Source: Alphaproteobacteria bacterium
GTDB lineage: Bacteria; Pseudomonadota; Alphaproteobacteria; JAVJVX01
Assembly: GCA_040220875.1 (NCBI GenBank)
Contig: JAVJVX010000003.1
Span: 136,969-200,968 of the forward strand
Length of the DNA stretch: 64,000 bases
Reading direction: 5' to 3'
Below, piece after piece: positions 1 to 8,458 of this stretch; position 1 is the first letter of the stretch, and every line of letters starts with the position of its first letter. Both the position numbers and the translations under genes were made by a program. A model generated the notes under the pieces. That model was given only the letters and a program-made list of their open reading frames with translations, did no database searches and was not told the origin of the DNA.

Positions 1-781
1 TCAGACATCGCCCTGGGAGCATGCCTGGCCGGAAAATCGCATTCGGGCGGCCGAGCGCGTCTGGGGCCCCGGCTTCATTTCGCCTGGCGGCGCCGAATAC
101 ATACTGGAACTGACCACGCCGCTCGCCCTCATGCCCGAGCATAGCATCCTCGATCTTCACGCGGGGCTGGGCGGGCCGGCGCGCACGCTTGTCGAAGCCT
201 TTGGCGCCTGGGTCACGGGGAAGGAAATGACCCCCGATCTTGCGACCCGCGGCAACGCGGAGAGCCGTGATCTGGGAATGTTCAAGCGCGCGCCGATCTC
301 TTCCTTCGACGCCGAGGCGCCGCTCCTCAAGAAAAAGGGCTTCGACCGCGCTTTTTCAAAGGAACTCCTGTTTCAGGTGCGAAAAAAGGAAGATCTGATG
401 AAGGCCGTCGCCCAGGCCTTGAAGCCCGACGGCCAGATCGTGATGACGGACTACGTAAAGGGCGATGGTGCAAACGAGGATGAACTCGCCGCCTGGGAGA
501 AGGGTGAGCCGATCCCTCCTCACCTGTCCACCGCCGGCGAGCTCGAAAAATTGGCGACAGCGGCGGGGCTCAATTGCCGCACGGTCGAAGATGTGACCGG
601 CCCCCATCTCGAGCAGATCACGAGCGCGTGGAAAAACGCCATTGCCGGCCTCAAGCCGCGGGAAATGGATCCCGAGCTTACGCTTGCTGTCCTGACCGAG
701 GCGGAGCTCTGGGCGCGCCGGGCCGATGTGCTGGCCTCTGGGTCGCTGCGGCTCTTCCGGATTTTTGCCATCAGGACCTAG
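1..781 (+). CDS. class I SAM-dependent methyltransferase (5' end lies upstream of the window)
   Basis: Frame 2 is open from position 2. The translation WGPGFISPGGAEYILELTTPLAL...ILDLHAGLGGPARTL carries a methyltransferase motif I-like LDLGxGxG and a later acidic motif II region. The track ORF 131..781 is only the part downstream of an internal Met. Confidence 0.65.
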   Translation, partial: QTSPWEHAWPENRIRAAERVWGPGFISPGGAEYILELTTPLALMPEHSILDLHAGLGGPARTLVEAFGAWVTGKEMTPDLATRGNAESRDLGMFKRAPISSFDAEAPLLKKKGFDRAFSKELLFQVRKKEDLMKAVAQALKPDGQIVMTDYVKGDGANEDELAAWEKGEPIPPHLSTAGELEKLATAAGLNCRTVEDVTGPHLEQITSAWKNAIAGLKPREMDPELTLAVLTEAELWARRADVLASGSLRLFRIFAIRT

Positions 782-924
782 GAAAAGGAGCCGTTTTCCG
801 GCGGGTTTGGCCGGCTTGACAGGACCGGGCCCCCTCACTAAGGTCCGCCCGCCTCGAGGCGCCGGGCGGGGCAGTGGCAAAGCCGCAAACAGGTCGGCCG
901 CAGCACAACCAGGGACTGAAGATC

Positions 925-1050
925 ATGAAGGTGGTGAATTCTCTCAAATCCGCCAAGAAGCGCGACAAGAACTGCCGCATCGTGCGCCGCGGCGGCCGCG
1001 TCTTCGTGATCAACAAGCGCAATCCCCGCTTCAAGGCGCGCCAAGGCTGA
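925..1050 (+). CDS. rpmJ: 50S ribosomal protein L36
   Basis: The 41-aa translation [41 protein letters not shown] matches the L36 family along its whole length (zinc-ribbon type, conserved C/RRxGRVxVIxK/NPRFKARQG). It is missing from the ORF track because it is under 60 aa. Confidence 0.85.
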   Translation: MKVVNSLKSAKKRDKNCRIVRRGGRVFVINKRNPRFKARQG

Positions 1051-1090
1051 CACCGGGCTGACCCGGGCTGACTCCGGGCTGACCCGGGCA
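1051..1090. repeat. about 4 tandem copies of a 10-nt unit (ccgggctgac), just after the rpmJ stop
   Basis: The sequence is caccgggctgacccgggctgactccgggctgacccgggca. Each unit can form a CCGGG-CTGA-CCCGG hairpin. There is no following T-run. Confidence 0.5.
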
Positions 1091-1199
1091 GTCCCCGACC
1101 GCACGACGAGGGCGCCAATGGCGCCCTTTTCTGTGACCGGCACGCCCGTCCGGGCATTCTCGGTCTGGACTGATCGCCAAGTGCACGCCAAGATTTCCC

Positions 1200-1781
1200 A
1201 TGATCTATCGTTTCCCCCGCGCCGCCCGCCTTGCCGCAGGTCTCCTGATCTCGCTGGTTCTGGGAACGGTCGCGCCGCCCGTCGGGTGGGCCGATCAGAC
1301 GGATCCCCGGCTCGACCGCCTTTTCGGCGAATTGCAGCGCACGACGGGGGACCGCGAAATCGCCATTCTCGAGGCGGCGATCTGGCGCATCTGGCTCGAA
1401 ACCGGCAGCGCTACCGTCGATCTGCTGATGCAGCGCGGGCTGGATGGGATGGCAGCGGCGGAATATGACCAGGCGGAAGCGGCCTTCACCAAAGTGACAG
1501 AGCTGGCGCCCGATTTCGCCGAAGCCTGGAACAAGCGCGCAACGGTGCGCTACCTGGCCGGCGAGTATGAAGGGGCGATCTCCGACGTCGAACGAACGCT
1601 CGAACTGGAGCCGCGTCATTTCGGCGCCTTGTCCGGCCTGGCCATGGTGCATCACGAAATGGGTGACGACGTGGCCGCTCTGGCGGCGATCCGCCGGACG
1701 CTCGAGGTGCATCCCCATCTCGAGGCGATGATCGCGCTTGAGGAAAAGCTGACCCTGCAGATCGAGGGACGCGGCATTTGA
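1200..1781 (+). CDS. secreted tetratricopeptide-repeat (TPR) protein
   Basis: The N-terminus has a signal-peptide-like hydrophobic stretch (LAAGLLISLVLGTVAPPVGWA). The body carries TPR-like AEYDQAEAAFTKVTELAPDFAEAWNKRA and GEYEGAISDVERTLELEP repeats. Confidence 0.65.
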   Translation: MIYRFPRAARLAAGLLISLVLGTVAPPVGWADQTDPRLDRLFGELQRTTGDREIAILEAAIWRIWLETGSATVDLLMQRGLDGMAAAEYDQAEAAFTKVTELAPDFAEAWNKRATVRYLAGEYEGAISDVERTLELEPRHFGALSGLAMVHHEMGDDVAALAAIRRTLEVHPHLEAMIALEEKLTLQIEGRGI

Positions 1782-2638
1782 CGGGACTGCCCGAGGACTT
1801 GGCACGCCGGGACGACGACGCGGGGACCGTAACCGCAACACCACTGCTCTTGCCGGGTGACGGCCCGGCGGTGCATCGGATCCGGGAAGCGGGTCGCGTC
1901 GGCGGGCAGGCCAGCGTGCTGTTCGTCTGCGACCACGCCAGTAACGCCATCCCGATGCGCCTGGACCATCTTGGCCTGACAACGGCCGACCGTGAGCGAC
2001 ATATCGCCTTCGATCCGGGCGCGGCGCCGGTCACGGAATACCTCGCCCGGCGCTTCGGCGCGCCCGCGCTGATGGCCGGGTTTTCGCGCCTCGTGATCGA
2101 CCCCAACCGGGCGCTCGATCAGGCGGGGCTCGTGCCGCTGGAGAGCGACGGCACGGTCATTCCCGGCAACCGGAACCTGAGCACGGCCGAAATCCGGGCC
2201 CGGATCGAAACCCTCTGGCAGCCCTATCACGACGCCATCGAGGAAACGCTCGCGGAAATGGCCGGATCGGGCGACATACCTGTGCTCATCTCGATCCACA
2301 GTTTTACCCCGGAACTTCGGGCGGGGCCGGCCGCGGAACGTCCCTGGCAGGTGAGCGTGCTTTGGAATCGCGATGACCGGCTGGCGCGTCCGCTGATCCG
2401 GGCCCTGGCCGCGGCGGGCCTGATCGTGGGGGATAACGAGCCTTATTCGGGCTTCGAGGGCTTGACCCATACCAACGATATCCATGCGCTCATCCGGGGC
2501 TATCCCCATGTGGAACTGGAAATCCGCCAGGACGTCATCGCGGATGCAGCAGGTCAGGCGGCTTATGCGACCCTGATCGGTGATGCGCTGGCGCCGCTTC
2601 TGGCGGAACCGGAATTGCGCCGGATCGCCGTCGTCTAG
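1778..2638 (+). CDS. N-formylglutamate amidohydrolase family protein
   Basis: The VLFVCDHASNAIP, IDPNR and ISIHSF motifs are typical of the FGase/HutG-like zinc hydrolase family. The start overlaps the preceding stop by 4 nt. Confidence 0.7.
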   Translation: MTGLPEDLARRDDDAGTVTATPLLLPGDGPAVHRIREAGRVGGQASVLFVCDHASNAIPMRLDHLGLTTADRERHIAFDPGAAPVTEYLARRFGAPALMAGFSRLVIDPNRALDQAGLVPLESDGTVIPGNRNLSTAEIRARIETLWQPYHDAIEETLAEMAGSGDIPVLISIHSFTPELRAGPAAERPWQVSVLWNRDDRLARPLIRALAAAGLIVGDNEPYSGFEGLTHTNDIHALIRGYPHVELEIRQDVIADAAGQAAYATLIGDALAPLLAEPELRRIAVV

Positions 2639-2676
2639 GCGGAGATTTGTTTGTTCTGAAAAAAGGAGAGGCTTTC

Positions 2677-2985
2677 ATGGCACTCGACGACGCTACCCGC
2701 ACCGAAATCGAAGCGGCGGCCTTTCGCGGGCTGGTCGCGCATCTTCAGGCTCGCAGCGACGTGCAGAACATCGATCTGATGAATCTGGCGGGGTTCTGCC
2801 GGAACTGCCTCGCCAAATGGTATATGGGCGCCGCGCGCACGCTGGGCATCGAGATGGACTACGACGCCGCGCGTGAAATCGTCTACGGCATGCCGTATGG
2901 CGAATGGAAGGCGAAGTACCAGACCGAGGCGACGGCGGAACAGCTCGAGAAATTCGAGGCAACGAAAGGCCGGCACGCGTTTTAG
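2677..2985 (+). CDS. DUF1244 family protein
   Basis: The translation MALDDATRTEIEAAAFRGLVAHLQ...FCRNCLAKWY matches the small alphaproteobacterial DUF1244 family as I recall it. An AAGGAGAG ribosome-binding site lies 6 nt upstream of the ATG at 2677. The track ORF starts at an earlier TTG. Confidence 0.6.
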   Translation: MALDDATRTEIEAAAFRGLVAHLQARSDVQNIDLMNLAGFCRNCLAKWYMGAARTLGIEMDYDAAREIVYGMPYGEWKAKYQTEATAEQLEKFEATKGRHAF

Positions 2986-2998
2986 ATGTAGGCCCGGC

Positions 2999-3709
2999 TC
3001 AGAATTTCTCCAACCACGGCCGGACATCGACATCGAGCGTCCAGGCACTGCGGTGCTGACGTGTCAGGTGGTGGTACGTCTCGGCGATAGCGTCCGGGTC
3101 GAGAAGGGCGTCCGGGCCGCGCTCGTCCGCCAGATGGGCGTAGCGCTCGGACAGCACCTGGCCGTCCACGACGACCTGGCAGACATGGATGCCTTTGGGG
3201 CCCAATTCGCGCGCCATGCTCTGGCAGACCGCCTTGAGTCCGAATTTGGGCATGGCGAGATTGACGAAATTGGCGCTCCCGCGATTGGCGGCGGTCGCGC
3301 TCGTGAAGATGATCGTGCCCTTGACCTCGTCCGTGCGCCTGAGCATCGCCCGGGCCGCGCTGCGCCCGACGAGGAACCCACCGAAACAGCCGACCCGCCA
3401 GCAGCGCTCGAAATCTTCCGCCGCAATGTCCACGACCGCAGCCCGCTCGAAGGCGCCAGCGTTGAAGACGACGACATCGGGAATACCGAAATCCTTCTCC
3501 ACCGCGTCGAAAAGGCCAAGCACATCGGCTTCCTGGCCAGCGTCCACCGCATATGCCCTGGCCCTGTCGCCGAGCGTCGCCATCAAATCGGCGATGCTTT
3601 CCGGATTCCGGCAGGCTGCGGCCACATTGTAGCCGTCGGCCGCGAAGCGGCGGCAGACGGAGGCCCCGATCCCGGGGCCGACGCCCACGACGACAATTGT
3701 TCCAGGCAT
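2999..3709 (-). CDS. SDR-family oxidoreductase (short-chain dehydrogenase/reductase)
   Basis: The N-terminal VVGVGPGIGASV sequence is a TGxxxGxG-type Rossmann motif, and the length is about 236 aa. Confidence 0.75.
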   Translation of the reverse strand: MPGTIVVVGVGPGIGASVCRRFAADGYNVAAACRNPESIADLMATLGDRARAYAVDAGQEADVLGLFDAVEKDFGIPDVVVFNAGAFERAAVVDIAAEDFERCWRVGCFGGFLVGRSAARAMLRRTDEVKGTIIFTSATAANRGSANFVNLAMPKFGLKAVCQSMARELGPKGIHVCQVVVDGQVLSERYAHLADERGPDALLDPDAIAETYHHLTRQHRSAWTLDVDVRPWLEKF

Positions 3710-3742
3710 GACGGTCTCCTTCTCGATTGAGTGCGCTGGCGT

Positions 3743-6700
3743 TTATTCGGCGGCGGTGCTGGCTGGCCGCTGCGTCTCGAAGGCTCGGCGCAATTCCGCC
3801 TCGCGCTGTTTCGCCTCAGTCAAGTGACGGATCTTGACGTGGCCGAAGCCGCGAATGTGCTCCGGTACGCTGGCGATTTCCAGCGCCAAGGCATGATTGT
3901 CATGATCGAGACGCGAGAGCAGCCAATCCGTGGTCTCCTCGTAATCCTCGATGAGCCGTCTTTCGGCCTGCCGCTCGGCCGTATAGCCAAATGGATCAAA
4001 CGGCGTCCCGCGCAACCGCCTCATGCGGGCCAGGAGTTTGAGGGCCGGTAGCAGCCATGCGCCAAATTCCCGCTTTTGCGGCGTGCCGTTGGCATCGCGC
4101 TTCGCCAGCAGTGGCGGTGCCATGTGAAACCGCAATCGATAGTTTCCGACAAAACGGCCGGCCAGGGAACCGGCGAAGTCGGTCTCGCTGAAGAGGCGCG
4201 CCACTTCGTACTCATCCTTGTAGGCCAGCAATTTGTAGAAATATTTTGCGACTGCCTCGGCCAGGCCCTTGCGGCCCGGGGTGCGCTCCTTCTCTGCCGT
4301 CCTTACCCGATCGACGAGTCTGCGATAGCGCGCGCCATAGGCGGCATCCTGATAGGCCGTGAGATCGGCCTCGCGCCGGGCCACCAGCTCGTCCAGGTCG
4401 TGCGAGAAACGCTGGCTGTCGGGCGTGAAACTGTGGCCGCGTGCTTCGGCGGCGACGAAATCCGGATCGATGGCGACAAGCCGGCCCCAGCGGAAGGCCG
4501 TGCGATTGAACTCGACCGCGACGCCATTGAACTCGATCGCCCTGAACAGGGCGTCCTCGCTGACCGGCACCAGACCTTTTTGATAGGCCAGGCCCAAAAG
4601 CAGCATGTTGGCGCCGATCGCATCACCCATGAGCGCGACCGCGAGGCCTGTCGCATCGGTGGTATGAACACGCCCGTCATCGCAGCCCGCGCGCACCGCC
4701 TCGAGGAGGCTGTCCGAGGGTACGCGCAAGTCCTCGTTCCGGGTGAAGTCTCCGGTGACCTGGGCATACTCGTTGAGAATGGCCGCTGTGACGCCCGGCC
4801 GACAGGAAGCCAGGACATCGTCCGAAGCGCTGGTCACGAGATCAGGGCCAAACAGCAGCCGCGCGCCCAGTTCGGGGATTCGCGTGGCATGCAGATCCGA
4901 CTGCCGGTCGGCCACCCAGATGTGGCTCAGGACGGAGCCGAATTTTTGCGCCATGCCCGTAAGGTCGAGTTGGCTGACACCCTTGCCGTCCAGATAGGCG
5001 GCGACGGCCACGAGGCTGCTGACCGTGACCACGCCGGTGCCGCCGATGCCGGCAAGGATGATGCCGTAAGGGGCCGACGTGCCGGGCCGTTCCGGATCGG
5101 GCAGGGACTCGAACCTGTCAACCGGTGGGGCCACGCCCTCCTTCTGGCGCAATTCCCCGCCCTCGACGGTGACGAAGCTGGGGCAGAACCCCTTGAGGCA
5201 GGAATAATCCTTGTTGCAGGCGGATTGATCGATGGCGCGCTTGCGCCCGAATTCGGTCTCGAGCGGCACGACGGACAGGCAGTTTGATTGCACGCCGCAA
5301 TCCCCGCAGCCTTCGCATACGCGATCATTTATGATGACCCGCTTATCGGGATCCGCCATCAGGCCGCGCTTGCGCCGCCGGCGTTTTTCAGTCGCGCAGG
5401 TCTGCACGTAGACGAGGGCGCTCACGCCCTTGTGGGTGCGGAGTTCCTTCTGCACGCGGTCGAGATCGTCGCGGTGATCGAAAGTGGCGCCCTCTGCAAA
5501 GAGATGGCGCGGCGGCAGGTCTTCGAGCTCGTCGGTGACGATGGCGATCCGTTGCACGCCTTCGGCCGCGATCTGGCGGGAAATCTGCTGTGGGCTGAGG
5601 GGGCCGTCCATGGGCTGACCGCCGGTCATGGCCACCGCATCGTTGTAAAGAATCTTGTAAGTGACGTTCACGCCCGCCGCCACGGCCGCGCGGATCGCAA
5701 GGTAGCCCGAATGATAGTACGTGCCGTCCCCGAGATTCACGAAGGCGTGCTCGGTCCTGGAAAAGGGTGCGAGACCACACCACGTCATGCCTTCGCCGCC
5801 CATCTGAGTCCAGGTGCGCGTCGATCGGTCCATGTTGAGCGCCATCACATGACACCCGATCCCGGCAAAGGCCTGGCTGCCCTCGGGCACCCGGGTCGAG
5901 GTGTTATGCGGGCAGCCCGAACAGAAATAAGGTGTGCGGGCCATTTTCTCGCGGGGGGATGCGATCTGGGCCTCGCGTCGGGCCAACGCCTCAAGATAAG
6001 CGCCGGCGGTGTCGGAAGTGCCGTTCCCCAGGATGCCCTGGAGGATACGTGCGATCCTGGCCGGGCTTAACTCGCCCAGGATGGGGACCGGCCCCGATGC
6101 CTCGGGCGCGCCGGGCTGGCGCTTGCCCAGGACGCGCGGGCGACGGGCGTCGGGCAGATCATAGAGCGCCTCGCGCACTTGCGCCTCGAGCGAGCCCATC
6201 CCCTCGTCGACCACGAGGACAGCCTCGAAGCCATCCGCGAAGGCGCGCAGACCTGCCGCGTCGAGGGGCCAGATGAGCCCCGGCTTGTAGACGGCTATTC
6301 CCTGCTGGCGGGCGGTCTGTTCGCCAAGCCCCATTGCCTGGAGCGCGCTCAGCACATCCTGATGTGCCTTGCCGGCGGCGATGATGCCGAGCCGCCCGCC
6401 GCCGCCTGTGCCAAGACTGGTCCGGTCCACGCCATTAGCGCGGAAAAAGGCGCTCAGGGCCGGCATGCGCGCCTGCCAGAGCCGGTCCTGCTGGGCGAGC
6501 GGCGGATCCGGCCAGCGCATCCCGAAGCCGGCCTCGGGGCGCGCGATCTCTTCCGGCAGCCGCGGGGGACGCATCTGGTCGAGTTCGACCGGCTGGGCCG
6601 CATCCGCGAGATCGGCCACCAGCTTCATCGCGACCCAAAGCCCGGCGAAACGCGAGGCCGCCCATCCCAAAAGCCCGTAGGAAATCATCTCGGCCACGGT

Positions 6701-7222
6701 TGCCGGGTAAAGGATCGGGATGTGGAAGGCGCGCAAGGCGTGTTCGGAATATTGCGGCAGGGTCGACGAACTGCATCCCTGGTCATCGCCGACCGCCATC
6801 AGCACCCCGCCATGGTTACTTGTCCCGGCGAATTGCGCGTGGCGGAGCGCGTCGCCCGCCCGGTCCACGCCGGGCCCCTTGCCGTACCAGAGGGCGAACA
6901 CGCCGTCATACTTGGCGTTGCCGAAAATCTGGGTTTGCTGGGTGCCCGAAATCGCCGTGGCGGCGAGGTCCTCGTTGACACCCGGCTGGAAGATTACATG
7001 ATGCGCGCGCAGGTAGCGGTCCGCCTGCCAGAGTGTTGTGTCGAACCGCCCCAGCGGAGAGCCGCGATAGCCCGATATATAGCCCGCGGTATTGAGGCCG
7101 GCAGCGAGATCGCGACGGCGCTGCATGAGCGGCAGACGTGTGAGCGCCTCCATGGCGGTCAGGTAGACGCGGCCTTCATCGACGAGAAACTTGTCCTCGT
7201 AACTGATGTTATCGAGCGGCAT
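3743..7222 (-). CDS. indolepyruvate ferredoxin oxidoreductase family protein (fused alpha and beta, 1159 aa)
   Basis: The N-terminus MPLDNISYEDKFLVDEGRVYLTAMEALTRLPLMQ and a TPP-binding GDG region are present. CxxCxxC ferredoxin-like Cys clusters are present (CEGCGDCGVQSNC). The size is typical of fused IOR proteins. Confidence 0.85.
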   Translation of the reverse strand: MPLDNISYEDKFLVDEGRVYLTAMEALTRLPLMQRRRDLAAGLNTAGYISGYRGSPLGRFDTTLWQADRYLRAHHVIFQPGVNEDLAATAISGTQQTQIFGNAKYDGVFALWYGKGPGVDRAGDALRHAQFAGTSNHGGVLMAVGDDQGCSSSTLPQYSEHALRAFHIPILYPATVAEMISYGLLGWAASRFAGLWVAMKLVADLADAAQPVELDQMRPPRLPEEIARPEAGFGMRWPDPPLAQQDRLWQARMPALSAFFRANGVDRTSLGTGGGGRLGIIAAGKAHQDVLSALQAMGLGEQTARQQGIAVYKPGLIWPLDAAGLRAFADGFEAVLVVDEGMGSLEAQVREALYDLPDARRPRVLGKRQPGAPEASGPVPILGELSPARIARILQGILGNGTSDTAGAYLEALARREAQIASPREKMARTPYFCSGCPHNTSTRVPEGSQAFAGIGCHVMALNMDRSTRTWTQMGGEGMTWCGLAPFSRTEHAFVNLGDGTYYHSGYLAIRAAVAAGVNVTYKILYNDAVAMTGGQPMDGPLSPQQISRQIAAEGVQRIAIVTDELEDLPPRHLFAEGATFDHRDDLDRVQKELRTHKGVSALVYVQTCATEKRRRRKRGLMADPDKRVIINDRVCEGCGDCGVQSNCLSVVPLETEFGRKRAIDQSACNKDYSCLKGFCPSFVTVEGGELRQKEGVAPPVDRFESLPDPERPGTSAPYGIILAGIGGTGVVTVSSLVAVAAYLDGKGVSQLDLTGMAQKFGSVLSHIWVADRQSDLHATRIPELGARLLFGPDLVTSASDDVLASCRPGVTAAILNEYAQVTGDFTRNEDLRVPSDSLLEAVRAGCDDGRVHTTDATGLAVALMGDAIGANMLLLGLAYQKGLVPVSEDALFRAIEFNGVAVEFNRTAFRWGRLVAIDPDFVAAEARGHSFTPDSQRFSHDLDELVARREADLTAYQDAAYGARYRRLVDRVRTAEKERTPGRKGLAEAVAKYFYKLLAYKDEYEVARLFSETDFAGSLAGRFVGNYRLRFHMAPPLLAKRDANGTPQKREFGAWLLPALKLLARMRRLRGTPFDPFGYTAERQAERRLIEDYEETTDWLLSRLDHDNHALALEIASVPEHIRGFGHVKIRHLTEAKQREAELRRAFETQRPASTAAE

Positions 7223-7459
7223 GAATGTATCCGAGCTTGTCTCGGGCCTACCCTAGCCGTGGCAAAGCCCGCTGGAAACCGGTATTCCGCCTGCCCGGGA
7301 CGGGTGCGCGCCTGGGGCCCGGGGCGGGCCGGAGCGGGCCGCGCCGGCGATGGCCCTGGCGACGGAAGGGGATGATTTACGGCCCGATTGCCGCTATGAC
7401 CATGGCATGATCAAGAGCGGCAAGATTGAGAACCGGTCCAGGCCGGCGCCGAGGCGCCC

Positions 7460-8440
7460 GTGACGATTCTCGTGACCGGGGCGGCCGGGTTCATCGGCGC
7501 TCATGTGTGCAGGGCACTGCAGGAGCGGGGCGCCGATGTCGTGGGGATCGACAACCTCAACCCCTATTACGATGTCGGGCTGAAGAAGGCGCGGCTCGAA
7601 AAACTGGCCGCCGGGCCGCATTTTCGCTTCCTGGAACGCGATATTTCGGACCGGGCGCTGATCGACGAACTGGCACGTGAGCATCCGGCCGTTCATACGA
7701 TCGTTCATCTTGCCGCTCAGGCGGGCGTGCGCTACTCGCTTCAGAATCCGTTTTCCTATGTCGACAGCAATGTCACGGGCCATCTCGTCCTGCTCGAGCT
7801 CGCCCGACGGCTCGACCGGCTCGACCACCTGATCTACGCGAGCTCGTCCTCGGTCTATGGCGGCAACACCAAGATCCCGTTCTCGGTCGAGGATCGGGTC
7901 GATACTCCGGTCTCGATGTATGCCGCGACCAAGCGCATGACCGAGTTGATGAGCCACACTTACGCCCATCTGTTCGATATTCCGGCCACGGGGTTCCGGT
8001 TTTTTACCGTCTATGGTCCCTGGGGCCGGCCCGACATGGCTGCCTTCCTTTTCACGCGCGCCATTCTCGCAGGCGAGCCGATCCGGGTTTTCAACCACGG
8101 GCGGATGAAGCGCGATTTCACTTATATCGACGATATTGTCGCGGGCGTGCTGGCGGTCCTTGACAAGCCGCCACAAAGCATCGACGGAGGCGCGCCGCAA
8201 CGGGTCTACAATCTGGGCAACCACCGCAGCGAGGACCTCATGCACTTCATCGAGGTGCTGGAGAGTGCGCTCGGCCGCAAGGCCGAAAAGATTTTCGAGC
8301 CGCTCCAGCCGGGCGACGTGCCCGAAACCTTCGCCGATATCGAGGCCAGCCGGCGCGATTTCGGGTTTGATCCCCGAACCACGATCGAGGACGGATTGCC
8401 GCGCTTCGTCGCGTGGTATCGCGATTATTACGGCGTTTAG
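7460..8440 (+). CDS. NAD-dependent epimerase/dehydratase (nucleotide-sugar 4-epimerase family)
   Basis: The translation MTILVTGAAGFIGAHVCRAL carries GxxGxxG. A YxxxK catalytic region and the WYRDYYG C-terminus are typical of the UDP-glucuronate/GalNAc epimerase family. Confidence 0.8.
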   Translation: MTILVTGAAGFIGAHVCRALQERGADVVGIDNLNPYYDVGLKKARLEKLAAGPHFRFLERDISDRALIDELAREHPAVHTIVHLAAQAGVRYSLQNPFSYVDSNVTGHLVLLELARRLDRLDHLIYASSSSVYGGNTKIPFSVEDRVDTPVSMYAATKRMTELMSHTYAHLFDIPATGFRFFTVYGPWGRPDMAAFLFTRAILAGEPIRVFNHGRMKRDFTYIDDIVAGVLAVLDKPPQSIDGGAPQRVYNLGNHRSEDLMHFIEVLESALGRKAEKIFEPLQPGDVPETFADIEASRRDFGFDPRTTIEDGLPRFVAWYRDYYGV

Positions 8441-8458
8441 AAGGGTCCCCGATCCTCG

